64,000 bases of DNA, taken from positions 608,001 through 672,000 of the forward strand of contig CBDDEL010000015.1 of NCBI GenBank assembly GCA_965226885.1, written 5' to 3'. Position 1 is the first letter of the stretch. Every line of letters begins with the position of its first letter. The stretch is from Opitutales bacterium. Its GTDB lineage: Bacteria > Verrucomicrobiota > Verrucomicrobiia > Opitutales > UBA2987. The translations under genes were made by a program, and so were the position numbers. This document shows, piece by piece, positions 20,570-30,841 of the stretch. The notes beneath the pieces were generated by a model. That model ran no database searches. It worked only from the letters and a program-made list of their open reading frames with translations, and was not told the DNA's origin.

Positions 20570-21763
20570 GTGAATTTTATGAAAAAGGCATTTAAGGAAT
20601 ATTTGGTGGAGGAGCTTCGGGGAATCGAGGCGGCGGGGCTTTTTAAGCGGGAGCGTTTTATTACGAGTCCGCAAAAGGCCCGCATCCAGGTGGGCGATGG
20701 GCAGGAGGCGCTTAATCTTTGCGCCAATAATTATTTGGGCCTGGCGGACCACCCGGAGGTGTTGGCAGCGGCCCGCGAGAGCCTGGATAAGCGCGGCTAC
20801 GGGATGGCTTCGGTGCGGTTTATTTGCGGAACCCAGGATATTCACAAGGAATTGGAGGCCAGGATTACCGCTTTTCTGGGGACCGAGGACACTATTCTCT
20901 ATCCTTCCTGTTTCGATGCCAATGGCGGGCTTTTTGAAACGCTTTTGAACGGGGAGGACGCCGTTGTCAGCGACGCCCTCAACCATGCTTCGATTATCGA
21001 TGGCATACGCCTTTGCAAGGCCGCCCGTTACCGTTACGGCAACAACGATATGGCCGACCTGGAAGCCAGATTGGGGGAAGCCCAGAGCCAGCGGTTCCGG
21101 CTCATCGCCACCGATGGGGTTTTTTCCATGGACGGCACCATCGCCAATTTGCAGGTCGTCTGCGAGTTGGCCGACAAATACGATGCCCTGGTTATGATCG
21201 ACGATTGTCACGCGGCCGGTTTCCTTGGCCCCAATGGCCGAGGCACTCATGAATATTGCGGCGTTATGGGGCGGATCGACATTATTACGGGCACCTTGGG
21301 GAAAGCCCTGGGCGGGGCCAGCGGCGGCTACACCAGTGGCCGGAAGGAAATCATCGAAATCCTGCGGCAGCGTTCCCGGCCGTATCTTTTTTCAAACTCG
21401 GTGGCCCCGCCCATTGTGGCGGCCTCAATCAAGGTTTTTGAACTGCTGGAGACATCTTCCGATCTACGGGAAAGGCTCATGGAGAACACCCGCTTTTTTC
21501 GCCGGGGGCTGACGGATTCGGGTTTCGTGATCAAACCGGGCGATCACCCGATCGTGCCAATTATGCTGGGGGAAGCCGCCCTGGCCCAGAAGTTTGCGGC
21601 CCGAATGCTGGAAAAGGGCGTTTATGTGGTCGGTTTCTTTTTTCCCGTCGTGCCCGAGGGGACGGCCCGCATCCGCATCCAATTGTCCGCCGCCCACAGT
21701 CGTCAGGACCTTGAGTTTGCCCTGGAGCAATTCGCTCAAACCAAGAGTGAGTTCGGGCTTTAG
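20570..21763 (+). CDS. kbl: Glycine C-acetyltransferase (2-amino-3-ketobutyrate CoA ligase)
   Basis: [34 protein letters not shown] and [11 protein letters not shown] motifs. Confidence 0.96.
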   Translation: MNFMKKAFKEYLVEELRGIEAAGLFKRERFITSPQKARIQVGDGQEALNLCANNYLGLADHPEVLAAARESLDKRGYGMASVRFICGTQDIHKELEARITAFLGTEDTILYPSCFDANGGLFETLLNGEDAVVSDALNHASIIDGIRLCKAARYRYGNNDMADLEARLGEAQSQRFRLIATDGVFSMDGTIANLQVVCELADKYDALVMIDDCHAAGFLGPNGRGTHEYCGVMGRIDIITGTLGKALGGASGGYTSGRKEIIEILRQRSRPYLFSNSVAPPIVAASIKVFELLETSSDLRERLMENTRFFRRGLTDSGFVIKPGDHPIVPIMLGEAALAQKFAARMLEKGVYVVGFFFPVVPEGTARIRIQLSAAHSRQDLEFALEQFAQTKSEFGL

Positions 21764-21788
21764 AGAGCGTTCTAAAAGCTTGGCAGGC

Positions 21789-22075
21789 AGGCAACCTCCC
21801 CTATCGTGAAATTGCGTGAAACGTTTATAGAATCAATCAGCATGGAAAAAACTCGCATAACCCCCCTCCCCGACGATCCGGAGGCAACCTCCCCTATCGT
21901 GAAATTGCGTGAAACGTTTATAGAATCAATCAGCATGGAAAAAACTCGCATAACCCCCCTCCCCGACGATCCGGAGGCAACCTCCCCTATCGTGAAATTG
22001 CGTGAAACGTTTATAGAATCAATCAGCATGGAAAAAACTCGCATAACCCCCCTCCCCGACGATCCGGAGGCAACC
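21789..22075 (+). repeat. Perfect 93-bp tandem triplication
   Basis: AGGCAACC recurs at 21789, 21882, 21975 and 22068. The units are identical. Confidence 0.97.
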
Positions 22076-22540
22076 GCAACGGATCGAAAATTCATTGAGC
22101 GCACTTATGAAATCGCCCGGGATGCGGTGGCCCATGGCAATCATCCCTTCGGGGCGCTGCTGGTGCGCAACGGCGAAATAATCATGGAAATTGAAAACTC
22201 CGTGGAAAGCATGCGGGACGTTACCAAGCATGCGGAGACGCGGCTCATCAGCGAGGCCACACAAAAATTCGATCTTCAGACTTTGGCCGAATGCGCTTTA
22301 TACACCAGCACCGAGCCCTGTGTCATGTGCTGCGGGGCCATCTATTGGACCGGTCTGAAAAAGATCGTTTACGGCGCCTCTGCCGATCAAATGATGAAAA
22401 TCTTAAGTTCGGATGAGTACAATGGTTTTCCGGTCAAGGAAATATACGCCCGTATGGCGCCGCAAGTGGAAGTGGTTGGACCTGTCGAAGAAAAGGAAGG
22501 ACTGGAAATTCACGCCGGGTTCCGGCCGACTTTTTCCTGA
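21842..22540 (+). CDS. Nucleoside/guanine deaminase (TadA-like fold); ancestral start probably 22028
   Basis: GNHPFGALLV, HAE and STEPCVMC zinc motifs. Confidence 0.9.
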   Translation: MEKTRITPLPDDPEATSPIVKLRETFIESISMEKTRITPLPDDPEATSPIVKLRETFIESISMEKTRITPLPDDPEATATDRKFIERTYEIARDAVAHGNHPFGALLVRNGEIIMEIENSVESMRDVTKHAETRLISEATQKFDLQTLAECALYTSTEPCVMCCGAIYWTGLKKIVYGASADQMMKILSSDEYNGFPVKEIYARMAPQVEVVGPVEEKEGLEIHAGFRPTFS

Positions 22541-22559
22541 CCGGAAGAGGCAACGAATT

Positions 22560-23009
22560 ATGAGCGACGAAGATTTGGGACCGACGGGGGCGATTCTCTA
22601 TGATTTGCCTTCACCCTACCAGGCGCACCCGTGCGGGCTGCTGCATTTGCCCCGGTTCATCGCTAAAATTCGTAAACACTTGGCCGGGGAGCTGCCCAAA
22701 TCCTACCAGCGGAATTTTACGCGGGGTTTTGACGGATTTCTTTGCCTTCATCTCGGCATCGACCCGCAAGATGTCATCAAGGCCGTCCGTCAAAGTGCCG
22801 ATGAGGAGGAATTTGAGGGGCGCCTGGCCGTGATTCTCCCTGCCGATGTGAAGGCTCCGGTGTGGAACCATAAACTGACGCACATGGGGATGAGCCCGAT
22901 GGGCAAAGCAAAATTGATGGAGGTAAAGGAAATCATGGGGCTTTCCCACCGGGATAATCTGGTGAACTTTGCCGATATGATCGATGCGGACGAAGGGCGG
23001 TTAAAGTAA
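22560..23009 (+). CDS. DUF5069-like protein
   Basis: LPSPY...GLLHLPRFIAKIR...GFDGFLCLHLGI...IDADEGR. Confidence 0.7.
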   Translation: MSDEDLGPTGAILYDLPSPYQAHPCGLLHLPRFIAKIRKHLAGELPKSYQRNFTRGFDGFLCLHLGIDPQDVIKAVRQSADEEEFEGRLAVILPADVKAPVWNHKLTHMGMSPMGKAKLMEVKEIMGLSHRDNLVNFADMIDADEGRLK

Positions 23010-23066
23010 ACTCGGGAACCTCACCTAACAGTTTGCATTTTCGCCGCCGTCATCTAGCTTTTCATT

Positions 23067-24506
23067 GTGAACCTGACGCGAAAATCGCTTTATGGGATCG
23101 CGGGAGCCTGGGCGGCCTCCTTGGGATTGGCTTTTTTGGCGGGGATCGCGGTGCACATGCAGTTCTCCGGCCAGAACGGCGACAGCTTGGGAATCCAGAG
23201 CGGTTTTGCAACCGAGATGGCTCTGGAGAGGCACCTGCTCATTCGCAAATTAACGGGAAAACCTCTGGAGCCGGCCGCGTCCGCAGAGAGTTTTTCGCCG
23301 CCCGTGCAGGAAGCCCTCAGCGCGGCCCTGACCAATGCCAATACGAATTTCCGCAACCACGCTTTTGCCGTAATTTTTTCAGGACTTGCTCATGGGGATA
23401 TTGGCGAAGCTGTCGATTTCGGCAACCAACTGCCGCCCGGTGTGCGCCGGGATGAAATTTTTGGCGCGCTGCTCCGGCGTTGGGGTGAACTGGATGGACG
23501 TTCCGCCCTGGCTTATGCCTTGGAACAGGCCAATACCAGCAACCGGAATGAAGGCATAGCCGGAGTTCTGGCCGGATGGGCCACCTACGATCCGCAGACT
23601 TCCTATCAATGGGCTCTGGCCAATCCAGGGGAAAACCCGTTCCAGAGCGAACGGCTGAATGCCGTCATTGGCCAGATTGCTACTGGTGATCCGGCCACGG
23701 CTTTTGCCTACGCTTCGGAACTGCCGGTGGATTCATTCCGCACCGGAGCCCTGCGCACCATTGCCGACCAACTTCATTCAGAGGGAAAACTGGGCATGGC
23801 ACTACCCTGGTTTGTCAATCTGGCCGAAGGGCCGGTAAAGGAAGTCGCCTTTGAGCATGTGGCCAGAATCTGGAGTTCCTACGAGCCGGTTTTCGCGGCC
23901 GAATGGGTGGAGCAAAATTCCCGGCAGGTCGTCCATGCGCAGGCCATGAGCGCGGTTGCCGCGACCTGGGGAAGAACGGATCCGCAGAGGGCCGCAGATT
24001 GGGCCAGTGAATTGCCGACCGGCAGGGCCAGGTCTGCCGGTGTTTCCGCCGCTGTCGGGACCTGGCTGGACCTGGGAGAAGTCAACGACGTAGCTGGATG
24101 GTTGAACCGTCAGCCAACGCACCTGGATTTTGACGACGCAGTGCGAAAAGTCACCTTGGCTTCAATGTATGACGATCCTGAAACGGCCATGTCCTGGGCC
24201 GAATCCATTATCGATGAGAACTTGCGCAGTGTCACCATGAACATTGTAGGCCAGCGATGGATGAGTCTCGATCCGGAAGCGGCCCAGGCTTTTTATGGTG
24301 ATTCAGAGCAGGAGACCGGACCGGCGGAAACCTACATCATCGGGGCGCCCGGATTGCAGGTTTTTCAAAGCGATTCCGGCCAAGACACTGAAGTTGAGCC
24401 TCTACCCACGCTGGATTCATTGCCGTTGCCCATCGATCCGGGCGTCAACGAATTGTATCCTCCGGAGGGAAACTTTGAAGATCTGATTCCCCTGGAATCT
24501 CCTTGA
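23067..24506 (+). CDS. Membrane-anchored alpha-helical repeat hypothetical protein
   Basis: N-terminal TM segment and repeated W..xDP..A..WA units. Confidence 0.75.
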   Translation: MNLTRKSLYGIAGAWAASLGLAFLAGIAVHMQFSGQNGDSLGIQSGFATEMALERHLLIRKLTGKPLEPAASAESFSPPVQEALSAALTNANTNFRNHAFAVIFSGLAHGDIGEAVDFGNQLPPGVRRDEIFGALLRRWGELDGRSALAYALEQANTSNRNEGIAGVLAGWATYDPQTSYQWALANPGENPFQSERLNAVIGQIATGDPATAFAYASELPVDSFRTGALRTIADQLHSEGKLGMALPWFVNLAEGPVKEVAFEHVARIWSSYEPVFAAEWVEQNSRQVVHAQAMSAVAATWGRTDPQRAADWASELPTGRARSAGVSAAVGTWLDLGEVNDVAGWLNRQPTHLDFDDAVRKVTLASMYDDPETAMSWAESIIDENLRSVTMNIVGQRWMSLDPEAAQAFYGDSEQETGPAETYIIGAPGLQVFQSDSGQDTEVEPLPTLDSLPLPIDPGVNELYPPEGNFEDLIPLESP

Positions 24507-24527
24507 GACCGGGGCCGGACTTTTTGG

Positions 24528-25727
24528 TCAATAGCGAGTCATTTGTGGCTCGCACAAATCCGCCCAGGAATGGATTCCCCCAGCCATGCTGGCCGCCTTT
24601 TGGAGGCCTTTTTCCCGCAAAAACCGCGCCACCATGAGGCTTCGTTGGCCGTGATGGCAATAGATCAATATGGAACGGTCCCGGGGCAAGGCGTCGATCA
24701 TTGCCGGGACTTCCCTCATGGGAATATGATTGCTCCCGCTTATTTGGCACACCTCCGTTTCAAATCCCTCGCGCACATCGAGAAGGTAGGGTGGGTTTTC
24801 CGAATCGAGCCATTTTTTCGCCTCCTCAACGCCGACTTCAATGGGGTGTCCGCCATCTTCATTTTCCTCCCCGCCGGGAGGTATTTCCCCTTCCTCGGTG
24901 CGACAGCTGAATTCGTAATTTTCTTCGCTCAGTTTCAGAATGGAAGGATGGGTTCCACAGAGCGGACAAGCCGGTTCTTTGTTCAAACGAAGGGTGCGAA
25001 ACCTCATGGCCAGCGATTCGATGACCAGTAGCCTGCCCATCAGGTTTTGTTCGAAGCCGAGCAGAAATTTAATCGCCTCCATGGCCTGAAGACTGCCCAC
25101 CACCCCGCAGAGTGCGCCGAAGACGCCGGCTTCCTCGCAGTTGGGAATGGATCCCGGCTCCGGCATGTGTGGGAAAAGGCATCTGTAGCATGGTCCGCCG
25201 CCCGCCGGGTGAAATAGGCTCAATTGTCCCTCAAACTGAAAAATACTGCCATAAACAAGCGGTTTGCGGGTAAGAAAAGCGGCGTCGTTGACCAGGTAGC
25301 GAGTTGGAAAATTGTCCGATCCGTCAAGTATGAGGTCATAGCTGGAAAATAAGTCGAAGGCATTGCCGATGGTGACGCCTTGCGGATGTTCGCGAATGTC
25401 TATGTGCGGGTTGAGACCGCTTAACCGGGCGCGGGCCGAATCGATTTTGGGAGCGCCCACCATTTCGGTGCTGTGGAGTATCTGCCTTTGCAAATTATGC
25501 GCCTCCAGTTTATCCATCTCCGCCAGGCCCAAGGTGCCGACCCCGGCCGCCGCCAGATAAAGGGAAGCCGGACTGCCCAGCCCGCCCATGCCGATCAGCA
25601 GGACACGCGCGGCGGCCAGTTTTTTTTGCCCCTCCAACCCCACCTGGGGGAGAATGACATGCCGGCTGTAACGGGCAATCTCCTCCGGGGAAAGTTCAAC
25701 CGAAGGCGGTGGTAATGTTGTTTTCAT
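24528..25727 (-). CDS. moeB: Molybdopterin-synthase adenylyltransferase with rhodanese domain (MoeB/MoeZ)
   Basis: RYSRH, GMGGLG, NLQRQ, DNFPTRY, PCYRCLFP and C-terminal CHHGQRS. Confidence 0.92.
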   Translation of the reverse strand: MKTTLPPPSVELSPEEIARYSRHVILPQVGLEGQKKLAAARVLLIGMGGLGSPASLYLAAAGVGTLGLAEMDKLEAHNLQRQILHSTEMVGAPKIDSARARLSGLNPHIDIREHPQGVTIGNAFDLFSSYDLILDGSDNFPTRYLVNDAAFLTRKPLVYGSIFQFEGQLSLFHPAGGGPCYRCLFPHMPEPGSIPNCEEAGVFGALCGVVGSLQAMEAIKFLLGFEQNLMGRLLVIESLAMRFRTLRLNKEPACPLCGTHPSILKLSEENYEFSCRTEEGEIPPGGEENEDGGHPIEVGVEEAKKWLDSENPPYLLDVREGFETEVCQISGSNHIPMREVPAMIDALPRDRSILIYCHHGQRSLMVARFLREKGLQKAASMAGGIHSWADLCEPQMTRY

Positions 25728-25871
25728 CAAACCAGTACTCGTATCTCTTAAAAAACCCTGGTTCAGTAAAGTGTCAACCTTGCCGCTGAAATCGGATTCA
25801 CTCAAATTTTGATGAAAAAATTATTGAGTGGCCTTGAAAAACTTTTTTGGTGACAATACTCGTCAGAAATT

Positions 25872-26960
25872 ATGAGCCAGCGATTTGCCGTTATCATGGC
25901 CGGAGGGCGCGGGGAGCGTTTCTGGCCGCAAAGCCGTTTGACGCGGCCCAAGCACCTCTTGCCCATTGTCGGCGACACTACCATGCTTGAGCAAACACTG
26001 GCCAGGCTTGAGGGTCTCGTGCCGCCAGAAAATGTCTTTGTCATCACCAATCGGGAGCAGCGCGCTGGCGTGCTTGAAACCTGCCCCGGCCTTCTCCCGG
26101 CCAATGTCGTAGGCGAACCGGTGGGTCGAGACACTGCGGCGGCGGTGGGTTTGGCTGCAATTCTGGTAAAAACCAGGGATGCGGAGGGAACCTTTGTCAT
26201 ATTGCCAGCGGATCATGTCATTAAAAACAAGGAAGGATTCCGAACAACCCTGGAGACGGCTATTGAGACTGCGGAAAGCGGAAAATACCTGGTGACCGTG
26301 GGCGTAAAACCGGATAGTCCGGCCACCGGCTATGGTTATATTGAAAAAGGGGAACCCTTCATATCTTCGGAAAATGAGGACGTTTACAAGGTCAGACGTT
26401 TCGTGGAAAAACCCGACCTGCCCACGGCCGAGAAATACCTGAAATCGGGCGATTATTTTTGGAACGCCGGAATGTTCGTCTGGCAGGCGGATGTTATTGG
26501 ACGAGCCCTATCCCGTCATGCGCCAGATCTCTGGCAGGCTTTGGGTAAAATCGAGGATGGCATCCGAGGCGGGGAAAATCTGGATTCCCTTTTACAGGAG
26601 CACTTTCCAAAACTCGAAAAAATTTCCATTGACTACGCCGTAATGGAAAAAGCGGACAATGTCCTTACCGTGGAAGCCGGTTTCGATTGGGATGATGTGG
26701 GTGAATGGCCGGCCATTGCCCGGCACAATAAAAGCGATCCTGAGGGGAACATTTTACAAGGCGAGGGAATGATTCGGGACGGCTCCGGCAACATTGTCGT
26801 CAACGATGAAGGGCATTTCACGGCTCTTATCGGGGTGGACGATTTGATTGTGGTGCAAACCAAGGACGCCACATTGGTCTGCCCGAAATCGAAGGCCCAG
26901 GAAATAAAAAAACTGGTCCAGGATATAGCAAAAAATCCCGAATTGAAAAACCTGCTTTGA
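25872..26960 (+). CDS. manC: Mannose-1-phosphate guanylyltransferase
   Basis: MAGGRGERFWPQSR..PK, EPVGRDTA, FVEKP, SIDYAVMEK and WDDVG motifs. Confidence 0.92.
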   Translation: MSQRFAVIMAGGRGERFWPQSRLTRPKHLLPIVGDTTMLEQTLARLEGLVPPENVFVITNREQRAGVLETCPGLLPANVVGEPVGRDTAAAVGLAAILVKTRDAEGTFVILPADHVIKNKEGFRTTLETAIETAESGKYLVTVGVKPDSPATGYGYIEKGEPFISSENEDVYKVRRFVEKPDLPTAEKYLKSGDYFWNAGMFVWQADVIGRALSRHAPDLWQALGKIEDGIRGGENLDSLLQEHFPKLEKISIDYAVMEKADNVLTVEAGFDWDDVGEWPAIARHNKSDPEGNILQGEGMIRDGSGNIVVNDEGHFTALIGVDDLIVVQTKDATLVCPKSKAQEIKKLVQDIAKNPELKNLL

Positions 26961-26991
26961 GATTACCGCACAGAAGCAGGTTAACTGGAAA

Positions 26992-27414
26992 ATGAATTAT
27001 TTGGGCATTGATTACGGAGAGAAAAGGATCGGCCTAAGTTTTGGCGATGAACTCGGGTTGGCCGTTCCTCTGGCGGCAGCTGCGCAAAAAACGAAGAAGG
27101 AGCGCCTGGCTTATATCGGGAAAATGATCGAGCAAAGAAATGTCACCGATCTGGTGGTGGGCTACCCTTTGAACATGGATGGTAGCGCCGGTTTCAAGGC
27201 GCGGGAGGTCGATGCTTTTGTCGAGTTACTGGATAATCGATTTGGGCTGCCTGTGCACCGGGCCGACGAACGGCTGTCAACCCATCAGGCCCAAAGCGAT
27301 TTGAAAAAAACGAGCAAAAAGACTAATCGTAAATCCGTCGAAATCGATTCTCGCGCGGCCACGGTCATTCTCCAGGATTTTCTTTACGAGCAAGAACAAA
27401 CTCCGACAGCCTGA
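26992..27414 (+). CDS. ruvX: YqgF/RuvX nuclease
   Basis: LGIDYGEKRIGLS, VVGYP, DERLST and ID..AA..ILQ motifs. Confidence 0.93.
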   Translation: MNYLGIDYGEKRIGLSFGDELGLAVPLAAAAQKTKKERLAYIGKMIEQRNVTDLVVGYPLNMDGSAGFKAREVDAFVELLDNRFGLPVHRADERLSTHQAQSDLKKTSKKTNRKSVEIDSRAATVILQDFLYEQEQTPTA

Positions 27415-27420
27415 GGCAGG

Positions 27421-28839
27421 TCAATTAATCGGTTGGTTTCTTGAGGGGGGTTTTCTTTTTTTCATCCATTGCCGAAACTTTCCGCCGCGCCAGGGAGGAA
27501 ATTTTCTGACGCTGCGCCAGGCTTGCAGGGCCGGGATGGGGAAGGCCTGTCCGGGAGGATAATTGAGGGCGTAGCCTAAACGCAGAGCGGCTTTCCAGGC
27601 CGTCGGATTGGTGGACATAATTGCCCAAATGCCAAACGGGGGCGTCCCTGCGCCGGCTTTTTTGGGAGCTTCCCGTTTTCCTTTATCACGCAGGCGCAAG
27701 AGCAAGTCGGGGATAGGTATATCGACCGGGCACACCTCCCGACAAGCGCCGCAGAGGCTCGATGCCTTGGGCAGGTCCGCCAATTGGGAAAAGTTTTTCC
27801 CGGCCAGCAAAGGACTGAGAACCGACCCAACGGGCCCGCCATAAGTTCCACGATAGGCAAACCCTGTGGCCTGCCGATAGACCGGGCAGATATTCTGGCA
27901 GGCGCCGCAACGAATGCATCGCAAAATTTCCCGGCAGTTCGAGGCCAGCGCCTCGGTGCGTTTGTTGTCCACAAAGACGACGTGCATTTGCTGCGGCCCG
28001 TGGGGCTGCCCTTTGGCTTTGGGGCCCCCGATAAACTGGTTGTAAACGGTCAGCCGCTGGCCCGTCCCGGAGCGGGCGATGAGGTTGTGAAAAAGGGCCA
28101 GGTCACGGTCCCCGGGGATGATCTTTTCGATCCCCACAATGACGATGTGCAAGCGCGTGGCCGCCATGCAGAAACGGGCATTGCCCTCGTTTGTAACCAA
28201 AGAAATCCGCCCGCTTTGAGCCACCACGAAATTGGCTCCGGTGAGCCCGGCATCGGCATCCATATACTCTTTGCGCAAATAACTCCGGGCCCGCCGGGTG
28301 ATCACTTCCGGCTCGTCATTGTATTCCCCCAAACCTTCCCGTTCAAAACACCGGGCCACCTCCCGGCGATTCTTGTGGATAATGGGCGCAATGATATGGC
28401 TGGGTTGGTCGTTATCGAGCTGTACGATGAGTTCCCCCAGATCGGTCTCCACACTCTCGATGCCGTTTTTTGAGAGAAAGTCGTTCAATTCCGTCTCCTC
28501 GCTCAACATGCTTTTGCTTTTAACGATCTTTCGACAGTCGTTCTCCCGCAGAATGTCGAGGACGATCTGATTGCAGCGATCCCCCGTGAAGGCAAAATGC
28601 ACCTGCGCCCCATTTGCCCGGAGACTCTTTTCCGCCATTTGCAGGTAGTGGTCGAGATGATCCAGGGTGTGCTGTTTGATCTGCCCGGCCAGCCGCCGCA
28701 AACGATCGGGGTCGTCGTAATCCCGCTGAAAAGCAGCGACTCTCTTCTCGGCCAATGTAGAGGCCACCGAGTAAACCGCCGTTTGTCGATCCGGATTGGC
28801 ATCCCGGGCATAGCGATCGATTTCCTGGAAGGTTTTCAC
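27421..28839 (-). CDS. lutB: Lactate utilization Fe-S protein LutB/LldF
   Basis: KSKSM, ETDLGE, TNEGN, CIRCGAC and SSLCGAC motifs. GTGA overlap with lutA. Confidence 0.9.
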   Translation of the reverse strand: MKTFQEIDRYARDANPDRQTAVYSVASTLAEKRVAAFQRDYDDPDRLRRLAGQIKQHTLDHLDHYLQMAEKSLRANGAQVHFAFTGDRCNQIVLDILRENDCRKIVKSKSMLSEETELNDFLSKNGIESVETDLGELIVQLDNDQPSHIIAPIIHKNRREVARCFEREGLGEYNDEPEVITRRARSYLRKEYMDADAGLTGANFVVAQSGRISLVTNEGNARFCMAATRLHIVIVGIEKIIPGDRDLALFHNLIARSGTGQRLTVYNQFIGGPKAKGQPHGPQQMHVVFVDNKRTEALASNCREILRCIRCGACQNICPVYRQATGFAYRGTYGGPVGSVLSPLLAGKNFSQLADLPKASSLCGACREVCPVDIPIPDLLLRLRDKGKREAPKKAGAGTPPFGIWAIMSTNPTAWKAALRLGYALNYPPGQAFPIPALQAWRSVRKFPPWRGGKFRQWMKKRKPPSRNQPIN

Positions 28840-29603
28840 AACAAGCCTCCGTTTTTCAGGGAATCGCGCAAAACCTGGGCCAGGTGCAGGCGCGGCAATT
28901 GCTTTCCCTCCTTGTCGATCATGCCTCCCAGATGGAGCAGACAACCCATATCCCCCGATACCAAAAAGTCCGGCCGGGTAGCGGCAATGTTTTCAATTTT
29001 TAATTGGCCCATGGCGGCGGATATATTGGGAAAACTGACGGAAAATGTGCCGCCGAAACCGCAGCATTGATCTTCTTCTCCGAACTCGGCTAATTCAAGC
29101 CCATCGATGCTGGACAGGAGTTGCCTGGCTGCTTCCACGCTGCCGGTTCCTCGACTGTGGCAGGAGCGGTGAAAGGCAATTTTGTGGGGAAAGTTACCCT
29201 CCCACTCGGTTTTCCCCAAGGCATTGACGATGTAATCGGCTAATTCCCAGGAACGTTCGGCGAGGTTTTCAACTTTGTCCAGGTCCTCTTCTTCCTCGAA
29301 TTCCAAGGGCGCTCCATGCACCAGCATAGCCGTGCAGGAGCCCGATGGCGCCACCACTGGCTCTTTGCCTTTGAATACTTCCAGGGTGTGCCGCACCACC
29401 TTGCGGGAAGCCTTCCAGTCCCCGGCATTGAATGCGGGTTGGCCGCAACAAGTTTGCCCCTCGGGAAAAACAACCTCGCAACCCAGGTATTCGAGCAATT
29501 CCACCGAGGCCTGAGCCGCGTCGTCAAAAAAGGCGTCGCAAATACAGGTGCCCATAAAAAGCAGTTTCTTTCCTTCCGGAATCCGGTGAGTATGTTGAAT
29601 CAT
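28836..29603 (-). CDS. lutA: Lactate utilization protein LutA/LldE (CCG domains)
   Basis: QTCCGQPAFNAG, PSGSC, CCGFGGTFSV and DMGCLLHL motifs. Confidence 0.9.
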   Translation of the reverse strand: MIQHTHRIPEGKKLLFMGTCICDAFFDDAAQASVELLEYLGCEVVFPEGQTCCGQPAFNAGDWKASRKVVRHTLEVFKGKEPVVAPSGSCTAMLVHGAPLEFEEEEDLDKVENLAERSWELADYIVNALGKTEWEGNFPHKIAFHRSCHSRGTGSVEAARQLLSSIDGLELAEFGEEDQCCGFGGTFSVSFPNISAAMGQLKIENIAATRPDFLVSGDMGCLLHLGGMIDKEGKQLPRLHLAQVLRDSLKNGGLL

Positions 29604-29619
29604 TTTTCTATATTCTTAG

Positions 29620-30027
29620 TTATGGCTTCGGATAACCCCGATGCTGAGGCAAGTCATCGTTTAAATCGATCCAGGAAATTTTATCTTCCAGCCAGATATG
29701 GCCCTTGGGCGGATAGAGGCCTGGATCGTCCATACTGCAAACGGTCACATCAATGTCATCCGGGTATTCGGGATGTTGAAAAGTCAGCGGAGTCCCGCAA
29801 TGAGGGCAAAAAGAGCGTACTCGATTGGCGTGTTCAATTTTCGCTGCGATACCTTTGACGACCTCATAATCCTTGAGCTTGCAAAATGCCCACGCCACAA
29901 AAGGCGCGCCACTCGCCCGCCGGCAATCCTCACAATGGCAATTATAGCCGATATCAACTTTCCCGCGAATGGCATAACGAATGGCCCCGCATAGGCAGCC
30001 GCCAGTTTCTTCTGATGAATGTTCCAT
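29620..30027 (-). CDS. GFA/CENP-V family protein
   Basis: GGCLCG, CHCEDCRR and FCPHCGT motifs. Confidence 0.9.
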   Translation of the reverse strand: MEHSSEETGGCLCGAIRYAIRGKVDIGYNCHCEDCRRASGAPFVAWAFCKLKDYEVVKGIAAKIEHANRVRSFCPHCGTPLTFQHPEYPDDIDVTVCSMDDPGLYPPKGHIWLEDKISWIDLNDDLPQHRGYPKP

Positions 30028-30043
30028 GTTTAAAATGATAATA

Positions 30044-30841
30044 TCAATCGTGAACAGGCACAGTTTTACTATTTTTAATTAACTTTTTTCCAAGTTTTTT
30101 AAGATAATCGATGCGATCCTCGGTCAGAGGGTGGGTGCTGAAATATTTTCTCCAGGCGGATTTGTTCCCCTCGTTCTGCATTTTATCAAAAAATTCGAGG
30201 GCGCCAGAGATATCGCCGTATTTGTTTTGCACTAGGCGCAGCGCAAATTCGTCGGCTTCGCGTTCTTTACGGCGTGAGTAACCTTTTTCCGCCGCCTCCA
30301 GAGCCAAGTTAGCAGGGGAAAGGCCGTCGTAGTTGAATAGAAAGGTGGCCGCGATACTGAACAGCAATCCCCGGCTCAACCCTTCAATGATATGGCGATT
30401 TTCATGATGTCCCATCTCGTGGGCCAATATAAAGGCCATTCCTTTTTCCTTTTCCAGTAGTTCAATGAGCGGAGGTGTCAATCCGATGCCGCCTCCGGGA
30501 ACCGCCACGGCGTTGGGTTCAGGGTTTTCCAATATAAAAAGAGTGTAATCGAGGTCACGCAAAGATTCATCCGCCATCAACTTATCCAGGATTTCCTGAG
30601 GATAATCGAGCAGATCGGTGGCCGCTTCTTCATTTTTCGGGATATAGTAATCACCGGCCAGCTTTCGTTCCCAACGGTCGGGAATGAAATGGGAGATGCC
30701 GAGGGCCGCAAACCCGAGAAGGATGTAAATGATGACCAGGATCAAAACAAATCCGGCGATGGTTTTGAGACGATCCCCGGGCCGGCGCAGGCCCCTGGAT
30801 AGATCACCTGCTTCAGGGAGGGATTTAGGGACGAATTTCAT
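30044..30841 (-). CDS. M48 family metallopeptidase
   Basis: PNAVAVPGG, AHEMGH, EREAD and STHP motifs. Confidence 0.88.
   Translation of the reverse strand: MKFVPKSLPEAGDLSRGLRRPGDRLKTIAGFVLILVIIYILLGFAALGISHFIPDRWERKLAGDYYIPKNEEAATDLLDYPQEILDKLMADESLRDLDYTLFILENPEPNAVAVPGGGIGLTPPLIELLEKEKGMAFILAHEMGHHENRHIIEGLSRGLLFSIAATFLFNYDGLSPANLALEAAEKGYSRRKEREADEFALRLVQNKYGDISGALEFFDKMQNEGNKSAWRKYFSTHPLTEDRIDYLKKLGKKLIKNSKTVPVHD

Noticed and set aside
21789..22075. Possible CRISPR array
   Set aside because: The units are fully identical with no unique spacers, lie in frame with a gene, and no cas genes are present.
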